Assembly (NCBI GenBank): GCA_965203905.1
Contig: CBDBDQ010000005.1
Location: 1,024,001-1,088,000 of the forward strand
DNA from: Spirochaetia bacterium
GTDB taxonomy: Bacteria > Spirochaetota > Spirochaetia > SZUA-6 > Bin103
Length of the DNA stretch: 64,000 bases
Direction of reading: 5' to 3'
The position numbers and the translations under genes were made by a program. Shown here one piece after another: positions 28,904 through 39,104 of the stretch. Every line of letters starts with the position of its first letter. The stretch's first letter is position 1. The notes beneath the pieces are model-generated. The model was not told the origin of the DNA, did not search any database, and worked only from the letters and a program-made list of their open reading frames with translations.

Positions 28904-30511
28904 CTATGCCTTTCCGGAGGGGCGGTCGAGGGAGTCGTTGCGGTAGTGGCTGCCGAGGCTATGCGGGTTGCGCAGCGCGGCGTAGGTCACCAGCAGCGCG
29001 GTCTGCACGGCGTTGCGCAGGGTGAGCAGCCTCGGGGTGAGGCGGTTGTCGGCGTAGAAGCTGTCGACCTCGTTCTTCAGCTCGCGCAGCAGGTTGGTGG
29101 CGCGGTCCAGCCGCTTGCCGGTGCGCACCAGCCCGACGTAGTTCCACATCGTGTTGCGGATCAGGCTGAGGTCCTGGGTGATCAGCTCGTCGTCGGCCTC
29201 GGCGCCGGGCATCTCCCACGAGCGCACCTCCGGCAGGTGGAAGTCGGCGCCGCCGGCGATCTCGGCCGCGTGCTGCCGCGCGGCCTGGGCGCCCATCACC
29301 ACGCACTCCAGCAGCGACGTGCTGGCCAGCCGGTTGGCCCCGTGCAGCCCGGTACAGGCGGTCTCGCCGATGGCGCTGAGGTGGGCGATGTTGCTGTTGC
29401 CGGCCATGTCGGTGTGGATGCCCCCACAGGCGTAGTGGGCCGCGGGTACCACCGGAATCGGCTCCTGCGTCATGTCCACCCCGGCGGCCAGCAGGCGCTC
29501 GTTGATGGTGGGAAAGCGGCCGCGCACGTAGTCCGCATCCACCGTGGACAGGTCGATGTAGACCGAATCGCTGGCGCTTCGCAGCAGCTCGGTGTGGATC
29601 GAGCGCGCGATCACGTCGCGCGGCGCCAGCGACCCTTGTGGGTGATAGCGCTCCATGAACGCCGTGCCCTCGTGGTTGATCAGCACCCCACCCTCGCCGC
29701 GCACCGCCTCCGACACCAGGAACGGGCGCTCTCCCGGACGGTGGAACACGGTGGGGTGGAACTGCACGTACTCCAGGTCGATCACCCGCGCGCCCACGCG
29801 GTAGGCCATGGCGATGCCGTGGCCGAAGGCGCCGCCGTCGTTGGTGCTGTGCAGGTAGATCTGGCCGAGCCCGCCGGTGGCCAGCACCGTCTTCCTGGCC
29901 ACGATGGCGCGCACCTGCCCCTGCGCCACGTCCAGCACGTAGGCGCCGACGCAGCTCAACGGACGGTAGCGGTCGAGGAAGTCCACCGAGCTGTGCGAAA
30001 GCGTGAGCAGATCCACCGCGAAGGCCCCGGTGGCCAGCGTCAGGCTGCCACCGCCGGGCAGCGCGCCGGCGGCGGCCAGCTCGGCCAGCCGCGCGTGCAG
30101 GGAGCCGAGGATGGCGCGCCCGGTGTGGTCCTTGGCGTAGATGATGCGGTGACGCGAGTGCGACCCCTCGCGGGTGAACCTCAGCTTCCCGGCGGCATCG
30201 CGGTCGAAGCCGACCTGGAGGTCGTCGATCAGCAGCTCGCGCACCACGCGCGGGCCATCTTCGATTACGGCATCCACCGCCGCCGGGTTGGCGGAGTGGG
30301 CGCTGGCGGCGTCGATGTCGGCGCGCAGCAGGTCGCCGTCCACCTCGTCGAAGATGATGCCCCCCTGTGCCCACAGGCTGTTGCTGGCCTGCAGCTCCTC
30401 GGCGCCGGTGATCAGGGTGACGTGGAGGCCGGCGCGGGCCGCCTGCAGCGCGTAGACCGCACCCGCCAGGCCGGCGCCGATCACCAGGCAGTCGCTGCGG
30501 GTGGTGGTCAC
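28904..30511 (-). CDS. nadB: L-aspartate oxidase
   Basis: Motifs [50 protein letters not shown] and [15 protein letters not shown]; GTG overlaps the nadC stop. Confidence 0.95.
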   Translation of the reverse strand: MTTTRSDCLVIGAGLAGAVYALQAARAGLHVTLITGAEELQASNSLWAQGGIIFDEVDGDLLRADIDAASAHSANPAAVDAVIEDGPRVVRELLIDDLQVGFDRDAAGKLRFTREGSHSRHRIIYAKDHTGRAILGSLHARLAELAAAGALPGGGSLTLATGAFAVDLLTLSHSSVDFLDRYRPLSCVGAYVLDVAQGQVRAIVARKTVLATGGLGQIYLHSTNDGGAFGHGIAMAYRVGARVIDLEYVQFHPTVFHRPGERPFLVSEAVRGEGGVLINHEGTAFMERYHPQGSLAPRDVIARSIHTELLRSASDSVYIDLSTVDADYVRGRFPTINERLLAAGVDMTQEPIPVVPAAHYACGGIHTDMAGNSNIAHLSAIGETACTGLHGANRLASTSLLECVVMGAQAARQHAAEIAGGADFHLPEVRSWEMPGAEADDELITQDLSLIRNTMWNYVGLVRTGKRLDRATNLLRELKNEVDSFYADNRLTPRLLTLRNAVQTALLVTYAALRNPHSLGSHYRNDSLDRPSGKA

Positions 30512-31347
30512 CGCCGCCCCAGGAAGTCGAGCCCGAGATCGGGCCGCCGCGCCGCGGCGGTGATGGCGCTGGTGGAGATCACCTGGGCGCCAGCGGCGGC
30601 GTAGTCGGCCAGGGTTTCCAGGGTGACGCCGCCGGACACCTCGACGATGGCCCGCGCCGCCACCATCGCTACCGCCTCCCGTACCGTCTCCGGGCTCATG
30701 TTGTCGAGCAGGATGACGTCGGCCCCCGCCGCCACCGCCTCCTGCACCTGGGTCAGGGTGTCGGTCTCCACCTCGATGCGGGCGACGTGCGGCGCCTGCG
30801 CCCGCGCCTGGCGCACCGCGGCGGTGATGCCGCCCGCCACCGCGATGTGGTTGTCCTTGATCAGCACGCAGTCGGCCAGCGAGGCGCGGTGGTTGCGGCC
30901 GCCGCCGCAGCGTACCGCGTACTTCTCCAGCTCGCGCAGCCCGGGCGTGGTCTTGCGCGTCTCGCACACCACCGCCGCCGTACCGCGCAGCCGCTCCACG
31001 TAGCTGCGGGTGGCGGTGGCGACGCCCGAGAGGTGCTGCAGCAGGTTGAGCGCGGTGCGCTCGGCGGCCAGGATCGGCTGCGCCCGGCCGGCCACGTACA
31101 GCAGCCGCTGCCCCGCCTCCGCGGCGGCGCCGTCGGCCAGCGCCAGCTCCACGTTGAGGTCGGGATCGAGGCGCCAGAACACGTGCGCGGCGATCTCGCC
31201 GCCGCTCACCACCAGCGGCTCGCGCGCCACCACCGCCGCCCGGCACTCGGCGCGGTCGGGTATGACTGCGGAGCCGGTCACGTCGCCCAGCCCCAGGTCC
31301 TCCTCCAGGGCGGCCTCGATCACGCGCCGAGCGGAGAACGGGATCAT
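30508..31347 (-). CDS. nadC: quinolinate phosphoribosyltransferase
   Basis: Motifs [36 protein letters not shown] and EVSGG. Confidence 0.95.
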   Translation of the reverse strand: MIPFSARRVIEAALEEDLGLGDVTGSAVIPDRAECRAAVVAREPLVVSGGEIAAHVFWRLDPDLNVELALADGAAAEAGQRLLYVAGRAQPILAAERTALNLLQHLSGVATATRSYVERLRGTAAVVCETRKTTPGLRELEKYAVRCGGGRNHRASLADCVLIKDNHIAVAGGITAAVRQARAQAPHVARIEVETDTLTQVQEAVAAGADVILLDNMSPETVREAVAMVAARAIVEVSGGVTLETLADYAAAGAQVISTSAITAAARRPDLGLDFLGRR

Positions 31348-31363
31348 CCGGGTGCGGTCCTTT

Positions 31364-32392
31364 TCAGTCCGTGAGCTCGAACATGCGCTCGATGCAGCGC
31401 AGCGCCGCCACCCGCACCGTCTCGTCCAGCTCGATGATCTGGTGCGGCTGCGGATCCACCAGCACGTCGCGGATCTTCTTCAGGCTGTTGAGCTTCATGT
31501 AGGGGCACAGGCGGCAGGAGCCGATGAACTGCTTGCCGGGGTTTTCCACCTCGACGCGGCTCACCAGCCCGCACTCGGTGAGCAGCATGAAGTAGGTGGC
31601 GTCGGTCGCGCGCACGTACTCCATCATCTTGCCGGTGCTGCCCACGAAGTCGCTGGCGGCGGTTACGTCGGTGGGACACTCCGGGTGGCTGACCACCTTG
31701 ACCCCCGGGTAGCGGGCCCGCGCCTGCGCGATCGCCTCCACCGTGAACTGGTCGTGCACCAGGCAGGTGCCGTCGGAGCTGTGGATCACCTTGTCGCTGC
31801 CGCGCGCCGTCATCTCGCGGCTGATGTTGGCCGCCATCAGGCGATCGGGCACGAACAGGATCTCGCGCTGCGGCAGGCGTTCGATGATGGAGTAGACGTT
31901 GCCGGAGGTGACGCACACGTCGCTGGCCGCCTTCACCTCGGCGGAGCTGTTGATGTAGCACACCACCGCCGCCTCCGGGTGGCGCCCCTTCAGCTCCCGC
32001 AGCTCGGCGCCGGTCAGGGAGTCGGCCAGGGAACAGCCCGAAGCGATGTCGGGCACCACCACCAGCGCGTCGGGGCACAGGATCTTGGCGGTCTCGGCCA
32101 TGAACACCACGCCCGCGAACACGATCACGTCGGCGGCGGAGTTGCGCGCCTCCAGGCTCAGCGCGTAGGAGTCGCTCTTGAAGTCGGCCACGCCGTACAC
32201 GATTTCCGGGTTGACGTAGGAGTGGGCCAGGATGATGGCGTTCTGCTCCGCCTTGAGGCGGTTGATCTCGCAGGTGAGTGGGGCCACCTCGAAGCAGCGC
32301 TCCAGGGTCCATTGGGCACCGGGCTGACACTCGACGTGCAGCAGATTGGAGAACAGCCGTTCCGCTTCCTGTGCCACTGCCCCGTTTGGCAT
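31364..32392 (-). CDS. nadA: quinolinate synthase
   Basis: Motifs ILAHSY, FMAETAKIL, GCSLA, CYINSSA, CLVH, HPEC and CPYMK. Confidence 0.95.
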   Translation of the reverse strand: MPNGAVAQEAERLFSNLLHVECQPGAQWTLERCFEVAPLTCEINRLKAEQNAIILAHSYVNPEIVYGVADFKSDSYALSLEARNSAADVIVFAGVVFMAETAKILCPDALVVVPDIASGCSLADSLTGAELRELKGRHPEAAVVCYINSSAEVKAASDVCVTSGNVYSIIERLPQREILFVPDRLMAANISREMTARGSDKVIHSSDGTCLVHDQFTVEAIAQARARYPGVKVVSHPECPTDVTAASDFVGSTGKMMEYVRATDATYFMLLTECGLVSRVEVENPGKQFIGSCRLCPYMKLNSLKKIRDVLVDPQPHQIIELDETVRVAALRCIERMFELTD

Positions 32393-32459
32393 CGCGTGAC
32401 CGTCTAGTTAGTTACTCACGCCGCCCCACCCATGTCAACGGCCGCGAGCGCAATTGCCG

Positions 32460-32846
32460 CTACCAGATGCGGGTAACTGCGTAGTCGTCGAACGCCCGGT
32501 CGACGCTTACGATCGGGAGGTTCTCCACCATCGCCTGGGCGATGAGCAGCCGATCGAACGGGTCGCGATGATGCCACGGCAGCCGGCCGACCTCGCTGGC
32601 ATGGCGGTAAGAAATCCCCAGTTGTTGGAATCCGTGCTCCTGCAGCAGGCGGGCGAATTCCGGGTAGAGCGGCCGCGAAATTGCGAGCTTGCCCTGACCT
32701 GCCTTGATCGCCATCTCCCACACGGAGGCGATGCTGTAGGTCGGGGTGTTGTCGAGATCCTCGATGGCCGCCTTGGCGCGGTGGGAGAGCGCCGGCGCGT
32801 CTTCCACGAACCACAGCACCGTGTGGGTATCGAGCAGGAGCGTCAC
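32460..32846 (-). CDS. vapC: PIN-domain VapC toxin
   Basis: Motifs LLDTHTVLW, SIASVWEMAIK and HRDPFDRLLIAQA. Confidence 0.92.
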   Translation of the reverse strand: MTLLLDTHTVLWFVEDAPALSHRAKAAIEDLDNTPTYSIASVWEMAIKAGQGKLAISRPLYPEFARLLQEHGFQQLGISYRHASEVGRLPWHHRDPFDRLLIAQAMVENLPIVSVDRAFDDYAVTRIW

Positions 32847-33080
32847 TTACCGGTAGTCGGCGAAGTCGTCCAACGGAGCGTCGAAGTCCGGGGCGATGTA
32901 GGTGAACGTCCCCTTGGCGAAACCGGCCCGACGCGCCCGGCTCGGCGGTGCGACGGGCCTGAGCTCCGCGATTCGTTTGCCACGGCGCGTCAGGTAGAAG
33001 CTCTTTCCTTCAAGCACCTGATTCAATAGCGCCGAGAGGTTGGTCTTCGCTTCCAGCGTGCCGATCTCTTCAATCTGCAT
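32847..33080 (-). CDS. Phd/YefM family antitoxin
   Basis: EAKTNLSALL...LTRRGKRIAEL...DFDAPL, immediately upstream of vapC. Confidence 0.9.
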   Translation of the reverse strand: MQIEEIGTLEAKTNLSALLNQVLEGKSFYLTRRGKRIAELRPVAPPSRARRAGFAKGTFTYIAPDFDAPLDDFADYR

Positions 33081-33144
33081 GGCGATTCAATGTAGTCAGA
33101 ATGGTCAGCTTGAGCAACGCGGCTACATCCCCGCAACCAGCCGC

Positions 33145-33984
33145 CTAGCTCACGGCACGGCGGTAGAGGCGCACGGCCAGCGGCGCGGCCAGCACCAGAA
33201 TGGCGAGCGACCACAGCACGGCGGCGGTGACCTCCCCGGCCACCGTCTGCGAGGGTGCCAGCGCCCCCTGGCCGAGGATCAGGCTGCGCACCGCGTTGGC
33301 GGTGCGGGTAACCGGCTGGTGGTCGGCAAACACGCGCAGCCAGCCCGGCAGCGTCTCGGTCGGCACGAATACGGAGCTGGCGAACACCAGTGGAAAGGTC
33401 GGAATCATCGCCGCCGGCTGCGCCGCCTCGGAGTTCTTGACGCCCAGACCGATGCAGGCCATCACCCATGACAGGGCAAAGGCGAACATCATCGCCACCA
33501 GCACACCGCCAATCAGCGGCAGGAACGAGGTCTGCGGCCGGAAGCCGAGCACGTAGCCCAGCACGAGCACCAGGGCAAGCACGAAGATGTTGCGGATCAG
33601 ATCGGCCACCGTGCGCCCGGCGAGCACCGCGGAGCGCGCCATCGGCAGCGAGCGGAAGCGGTCGATCACGCCGTTGTTGAGGTCTTCGATCAGCCCCATC
33701 GCAGTCTGCAGGGAGCCGAATGCGACCATCTGCAGCAGCACGCCCGGCAGCAGCCAGTTGAGGTACTCACCGCCGGCCGCGGCCGGAATCGAGCGGCCCA
33801 CCGCACCGCCGAACACGTAGTTGAACAGGATCAGGAACATGACCGGCTGTACGGTGGCGAACAGCACGAGCTGCGGCATGCGCACGACGCGCAACAGGTT
33901 GCGCCGCGCGATCATCACCGTGTCCTTGAGGGCGTGGGCCGGCGAGACGCGGGCGCGCCGCCGCGGCTGCGAGGGTCCACTCAT
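33145..33984 (-). CDS. ABC-2 type (DrrB-like) permease
   Basis: Motifs QPVMFLILFNYVFGG, IDRFRSLPM and SSVFVP...LPGWL; six-TM pattern. Confidence 0.9.
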   Translation of the reverse strand: MSGPSQPRRRARVSPAHALKDTVMIARRNLLRVVRMPQLVLFATVQPVMFLILFNYVFGGAVGRSIPAAAGGEYLNWLLPGVLLQMVAFGSLQTAMGLIEDLNNGVIDRFRSLPMARSAVLAGRTVADLIRNIFVLALVLVLGYVLGFRPQTSFLPLIGGVLVAMMFAFALSWVMACIGLGVKNSEAAQPAAMIPTFPLVFASSVFVPTETLPGWLRVFADHQPVTRTANAVRSLILGQGALAPSQTVAGEVTAAVLWSLAILVLAAPLAVRLYRRAVS

Positions 33985-34967
33985 GGCCGTCCTCCGGCGC
34001 GGCGCCGGCGGCCGCGTCTGCCGCGCCGCCTGCCGTTGCCGGTCTCCGTGGGCGTGGTGGCGTGCCCGGTCAGCGCGACGAACACGTCGTCCAGGGTCGG
34101 GCGGCGCAGCCCGATGTCGGTGGGAGTGATGCCGGCGGCGTCGAGGGTACGCACGGCGGCGACCAGCGAAGCCGGACCTTCCGGGGCGGGCAGGGTTATG
34201 GTGCGCGCCGCTCCCCGATCGGCGCCGAGGGCCACGCAGGTGGCCTCCTGCACCTCCTCGGGTACGTCGATGTGGATCACCGCCCCGCCCAGACGGTCCT
34301 TCAACTGGTTGCCGGTCCCCTCGCTGATCAGCTTGCCCTCGTTGATCACGCCGATGCGATGGGCGAGCTGGTCCGCTTCGTCGAGATACTGGGTGGTCAG
34401 CAGCACGGTGGTGCCGGAACCCACCAGGTCGCGGATCAGGGCCCACACCTCCAGCCGGCTGCGCGGGTCGATGCCGGTGGTCGGCTCGTCCAGGAACAGC
34501 ACGTCCGGGCGCCCCACCAGTGAAGCGGCCAGGTCTAGGCGCCGCTTCATGCCGCCGGAGTAGGTGCGCACCAGGCGGTCGGCGTCATTCGCCAGCGAAA
34601 ACCGCTCCAGCACCTCCGCGGCGCGCTCGCGGGCGGTACGCGCGTTCAGGTTGTACAACCGGCCCACCATCTCCACCGCCTCGCGGCCGGTCAGGTACTC
34701 GTCCACGGCGGCGAACTGACCTGCCAGTCCGATGCGGTTGCGCACCGCCACCGGGTCGTGCACCACGTCGATGCCGGCCACGGTCGCGGATCCTCCGTCG
34801 GGCCGGAGCAGCGTCGCCAGGACCCGGATCAGCGTGGTCTTGCCGGCGCCGTTCGGTCCCAGCAGGGCATAGATGATGCCGGGCTCGATCTCCAGGCTGA
34901 CGCCGGCGAGGGCATGGATGTTGCCGAACCGCTTCTCGACCTGCTCGGCATGTACGATTGGTTGCAT
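33981..34967 (-). CDS. ABC transporter ATP-binding protein (DrrA-like)
   Basis: Motifs GPNGAGKTT, YSGGMKRR, FLDEPTTG and TTQYLDEAD. Confidence 0.92.
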   Translation of the reverse strand: MQPIVHAEQVEKRFGNIHALAGVSLEIEPGIIYALLGPNGAGKTTLIRVLATLLRPDGGSATVAGIDVVHDPVAVRNRIGLAGQFAAVDEYLTGREAVEMVGRLYNLNARTARERAAEVLERFSLANDADRLVRTYSGGMKRRLDLAASLVGRPDVLFLDEPTTGIDPRSRLEVWALIRDLVGSGTTVLLTTQYLDEADQLAHRIGVINEGKLISEGTGNQLKDRLGGAVIHIDVPEEVQEATCVALGADRGAARTITLPAPEGPASLVAAVRTLDAAGITPTDIGLRRPTLDDVFVALTGHATTPTETGNGRRRGRRGRRRRAGGRP

Positions 34968-35032
34968 ACGAGAGTCCGCCGCGAAGATACCCAAATCCGT
35001 GCCGACGGCGATGAACTCCCGGTGAACGAGGC

Positions 35033-35287
35033 AGTTACGATGCCGCCACGCTGCTGCTCAACGCCATCGCAACCGCGGCCGTGGCGGAGCATGGCAGGAT
35101 CACCCTGGACCGTGCCGCGCTGCGGGCGGCGCTGACCGCCACGCACGACTTCCAGGGCATCACCGGTGTCCTCTCCTGCGACGCCTTCGGCGACTGCGGT
35201 ACCGGCCGCATCAACATCTATCACCACCGCGACTCAGGCATCACCGACGCTGGCCAGGTCCCGGTGGTGTACCGGTTTTCTCCATGA
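35033..35287 (+). pseudogene. C-terminal fragment of a branched-chain amino acid ABC substrate-binding protein
   Basis: SYDAATLLLNAI...DRAALRAAL...FQGITGVLSCDAFGDC is a typical LivJ-like C-terminus; the N-terminus is absent. Confidence 0.7.
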
Positions 35288-35328
35288 GCGGCGGCGACTG
35301 CGCACGCCGCAGCACCGATGTTTCCCGG

Positions 35329-37110
35329 CTACTCGCGGCCGGGCGCGAGCGACAGGAGCTGCATGCGGTAGAGGCGGGCGTACACCCCGTTGCGGGCCAG
35401 CAGGTCGGCGTGGCGGCCCTCCTCCACCAGGCGCCCGTGGTGCAATACCAGGATCCGCTCCACCGAGCGGATGGTGGAGAGGCGGTGGGCGATGATGATC
35501 GCGGTGCGCCCGTGCAGCAGGGTGTCCAGCGCGGTCTCGATGACCCGCTCCGATTCGGCGTCGACGCTGGCGGTGGCCTCGTCCATGATCACCACGCCGG
35601 GGTCGAGCAGGAAGGCGCGGGCGAACGCCAAAAGCTGCTTCTGCCCCGAGGACAGCGACTTGCCCTCCTCCAGCACCTCGTGGTCGAAGCCGTGCGGCAG
35701 GGCGCGGATGAACGGCGTGGCGCCCACCGCTTCCGCCGCCGCCTCCACCTGGGCCCGGGTCACGCCCGGTGCGCGCAGCGAGATGTTGTCGGCGATAGAG
35801 CCGCTGAACAGGAACAGGTCCTGCGGCACGGTGGCGATGCGCCGCCGCAGGTAGGCCAGGGGCAGCCGCCGCACGTCGGTGGCGTCCACCAGGACCCGCC
35901 CCCGCTGCACGTCGTAGAGCCGGTTGACCAGGTTGATGACGGTGCTCTTGCCGGCGCCCGTGCTCCCCACCAGCGCCACCCGCTGCCCCGGCTCCACCGC
36001 GAACGACAGCTCCTCCAGCACCGGGTGGGCGGCGTCGTAGCCGAACCGCACCTGCTCCAGCGCCACCGCCGCCGCCGTTCCCCGATCACCGCCGCCGCCC
36101 GCCACCGCCGGCAGCAGCGGACGCTCGGGCTCGGTAATCGACTCCGCGCGGTCGAGCAGGCGGAAGATGCGGTTGGCGGCGGCCAGCGTCGCCTGAAACG
36201 TGTTGAAGCGTTCGGCCAACTGCCGCAGCGGCCGGTACAGCATCATGATGTAGGCGAAGAAGGCGAAGATCTCGCCCGGCTGCACCGCGGTCCCGAGCGC
36301 CCGGTGAGCGTAGCCCAGGATGATGATCAGGCTGAGCGTGGCGAGCAGCTCCAGAGCCGGGAAGTAGTAGGAGTAGGAGTTGATCACCCGCAGGAACGCC
36401 TCCAGGTAGCGGCGGTTGTGGGTGGTGAAGGTGGCCAGGACCCGCCGCTGGTAATTCAGCATCGTCACCTCGCGCATGCCGGTGATCGCCTCCACCAGGG
36501 TGGTGTTGATGCGGGCGTTGGCCTCCCGCACGGCGCCGTAACCGTGACGGATGGCATTGCGAAACAGCCAGGTGACCACGCCGAAGAACGGCAGGGTGAG
36601 GAACGCCGCCAGCGCCAGCCGTGGGTTGATGAACAGCATGGCGCCAAGGATCACTACCACCTGGAACGAGTCGCCGAGCAGCGACACCAGCCCCTGGGAG
36701 ATGAACTGGCGGATCGCCTCCACGTCGCTGGTGACGTTGGTGAGCGTGGCGCCGACCGCGGTGCGGTCGAAGTAGTCGTGTCCCAGGCCCAGCACCTTGC
36801 GGAACAGGTGCATGCGCAGGTCGTACAGCAGGCGCTGGCCGAGGTACTCGACCGTGTAGGTGAACGCCACCTGGCCGCCGAGCTGGCCGATCAGGGCAGC
36901 ACCCAGGAGCAGCGCCGTGCGCGCCAGCCCGGCCAGGTCGCCGGCCGCCACGTCGCGGTCGATGCCCACCTTGGTCAGATAGGGCACCAGCACCTGCAGC
37001 AGGTCGGTGACCAGCACCAGCAGGGCCGCGACCGCCAGCAGCAGCGGGTGCGCGCGCACGTAGCGCAGCAGGCGCGCCAGCAGCCGCAGGTCGCGCGGTC
37101 CCTCGGTCAT
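35329..37110 (-). CDS. multidrug ABC exporter, fused permease/ATPase (MdlB-like)
   Basis: TM domain plus GSTGAGKST, LSSGQKQ, IMDEAT and IAHRLST. Confidence 0.92.
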   Translation of the reverse strand: MTEGPRDLRLLARLLRYVRAHPLLLAVAALLVLVTDLLQVLVPYLTKVGIDRDVAAGDLAGLARTALLLGAALIGQLGGQVAFTYTVEYLGQRLLYDLRMHLFRKVLGLGHDYFDRTAVGATLTNVTSDVEAIRQFISQGLVSLLGDSFQVVVILGAMLFINPRLALAAFLTLPFFGVVTWLFRNAIRHGYGAVREANARINTTLVEAITGMREVTMLNYQRRVLATFTTHNRRYLEAFLRVINSYSYYFPALELLATLSLIIILGYAHRALGTAVQPGEIFAFFAYIMMLYRPLRQLAERFNTFQATLAAANRIFRLLDRAESITEPERPLLPAVAGGGGDRGTAAAVALEQVRFGYDAAHPVLEELSFAVEPGQRVALVGSTGAGKSTVINLVNRLYDVQRGRVLVDATDVRRLPLAYLRRRIATVPQDLFLFSGSIADNISLRAPGVTRAQVEAAAEAVGATPFIRALPHGFDHEVLEEGKSLSSGQKQLLAFARAFLLDPGVVIMDEATASVDAESERVIETALDTLLHGRTAIIIAHRLSTIRSVERILVLHHGRLVEEGRHADLLARNGVYARLYRMQLLSLAPGRE

Positions 37111-38852
37111 GCCAGGTACTGCTCCAGCCGCTGCAGCTCGGCCAGCCGCGCGTAGCGGCCGCCGGCACGCAGCAGCCGCTCGTGGCTGCCCTGCTCCACG
37201 ACACGGCCCTCCTCCAGCACCAGGATGCGATCCGCCAGCCGCAACGCCGAGGTACGCTGTGACACCAGCACCACGGTTCGCGTCGGGCTCCCGGCCCGCT
37301 CCCGCAGCGCGGACAGAATCTCCGTCTCGGTGGCCGAGTCGACGCTGGAAAGGGCGTCATCGAGGATCAGCAGGTCGCTCTCCCTGACCAGTGCACGAGC
37401 CAGGGCCAGGCGTTGCTTCTGGCCGCCGGAGAGGGTGATGCCGCGCTCGCCGACGAGCTGGTCGTAGCCGTCCGGAAAGGTCGCGATGTCCGCACTCAGG
37501 GCGGCAGCCGCAGCGGCAGCCTCGATGCGTTGGCGGGACACCGTCTCCTCCGCCCCCATCGCGATGTTCTCCGCCACGGTCATCGAGAACAGGAACGTCT
37601 CCTGCGGCACCACCGCCACCCGCCGCCGCAACGCCAGCGGATCCAGCTCCGCCAGCGGCAGTCCCCCTACCGTGACCCGCCCACCGGTGGGATGCACGAT
37701 GGCGGTCAGCAGCGCCAGCAGGGTGCTCTTGCCGCTCCCCACCGGTCCGGTGATCCCGACCGTAGCACCCGGCTCGAGCTGCAGGTCGATCCCGCGCAGC
37801 GACTCCTGGACCGCCTCGGGGTAGCGGTAGCGGACGCCCTGCAGCTCGACTCGCACACCTCCGGCCGGCACTGCCGCCCCGCTGCGCCGCTCCGAGCGCG
37901 CGGTGAGGATGGTCTCGATGCGCTCCATCGCGCTCACCCCCTGCTGCAGCAGCGAGGTGACCCAGCCCAGCGACATGATCGGGAACGCCAGCAGCGCCAC
38001 CATGGTCGAGAACTGCAGCAGCTCGCCGATGCTCAGCTCGTCGCGGATTACCGCCGACCCGCCCAGCCACAGCGTCACCAGTTGCAGCAGCCCGAACACC
38101 AGTCCCAGCAGCGGCCACAGCACTCCGCGAATCTTGAGCACCTGCATGTTGGCGCGCACGTAGCCGCGGTTCAGCTCCGCGAACTGCTCCTTCTGCTGCG
38201 CCTCGGCGGCGTACAGCTTGACCGTGGTGATGCCGGTGACGGTCTGCCAGGCGCGGTCGTTGATCGCGGCGACCTGCTCCTGCACGGCGCGGAACAGCGG
38301 GCGGAAGCGCGGGATCACCACCAGGTTGACCGCCACCAGCAGGGCCGCCACCAGCAGCAGGGCCGCGGTCATCAGCGCGTGCAGTCCCAGCATCAGCGGC
38401 AGGAACAGCGCCAGGCGCGACAGCGCGTCCGGGATGTACATCATCCCGGGTCCGAGGAGCATGCGCACGTCGTTGAGGTCGTTGGTGCAGCGCGAGATGA
38501 GGTCGCCGGTACGGCGCCGCTGATAGAACCCGAACTCCAGGCTGATCAGGCGCCGGAACAGTGCATCCCTGAGGTCATACTCGATGCGCCGCGACACCCC
38601 GATGATCAGCTTGCGCATCAGGAACATGCAGCCGCCGGCCAGCACGGTGAAGCCGGTCGCGGCCAGCGCCGCGGCGCGTACCGGTGGCAGCCGGTTGGCC
38701 CCGACGATCTCGTCCAGCAGGCGCTGGATCCACACCGGGATGCGGGCGAACGCCCAGTTCTGGGCCAGCATGAAGGCAAAGCCGACCGCCAGCGGCAGGG
38801 CGTAGCGGCCCAGGAGTGGGAGCAGGTGACGGAGCGCGCGGATGGTGGGTAC
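37107..38852 (-). CDS. multidrug ABC exporter, fused permease/ATPase (MdlA-like); start codon uncertain
   Basis: Motifs TGDLISR, GPVGSGKST, LSGGQKQR and ILDDALS. There is no ATG/GTG at the expected N-terminus; an in-frame TTG lies at 38903. Confidence 0.88.
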   Translation of the reverse strand, partial: VPTIRALRHLLPLLGRYALPLAVGFAFMLAQNWAFARIPVWIQRLLDEIVGANRLPPVRAAALAATGFTVLAGGCMFLMRKLIIGVSRRIEYDLRDALFRRLISLEFGFYQRRRTGDLISRCTNDLNDVRMLLGPGMMYIPDALSRLALFLPLMLGLHALMTAALLLVAALLVAVNLVVIPRFRPLFRAVQEQVAAINDRAWQTVTGITTVKLYAAEAQQKEQFAELNRGYVRANMQVLKIRGVLWPLLGLVFGLLQLVTLWLGGSAVIRDELSIGELLQFSTMVALLAFPIMSLGWVTSLLQQGVSAMERIETILTARSERRSGAAVPAGGVRVELQGVRYRYPEAVQESLRGIDLQLEPGATVGITGPVGSGKSTLLALLTAIVHPTGGRVTVGGLPLAELDPLALRRRVAVVPQETFLFSMTVAENIAMGAEETVSRQRIEAAAAAAALSADIATFPDGYDQLVGERGITLSGGQKQRLALARALVRESDLLILDDALSSVDSATETEILSALRERAGSPTRTVVLVSQRTSALRLADRILVLEEGRVVEQGSHERLLRAGGRYARLAELQRLEQYLA

Positions 38853-39104
38853 CCGTTGGTAGCAGTAGTAGTGATCAGCCGCATCCGGGATGGGCTGCAG
38901 CAAGGGTACCCCGAATCGCCGCGTTGACAAAGCCAGGCAGCGTTGCTCGCCTCGCAAGCGGCGACCTCGTCGCCGGAGTTCGCCGGAGCCGGGGCCGTTG
39001 ACGCCGGTGGTCAGGATCGGGTATCGCTTGACGGGCACGACCGAGGCTTGGCCCTCGACGCCGCCTCCCGCCCTACCTGACTTGCGTGTCGTGTAGGAGC
39101 CCAT

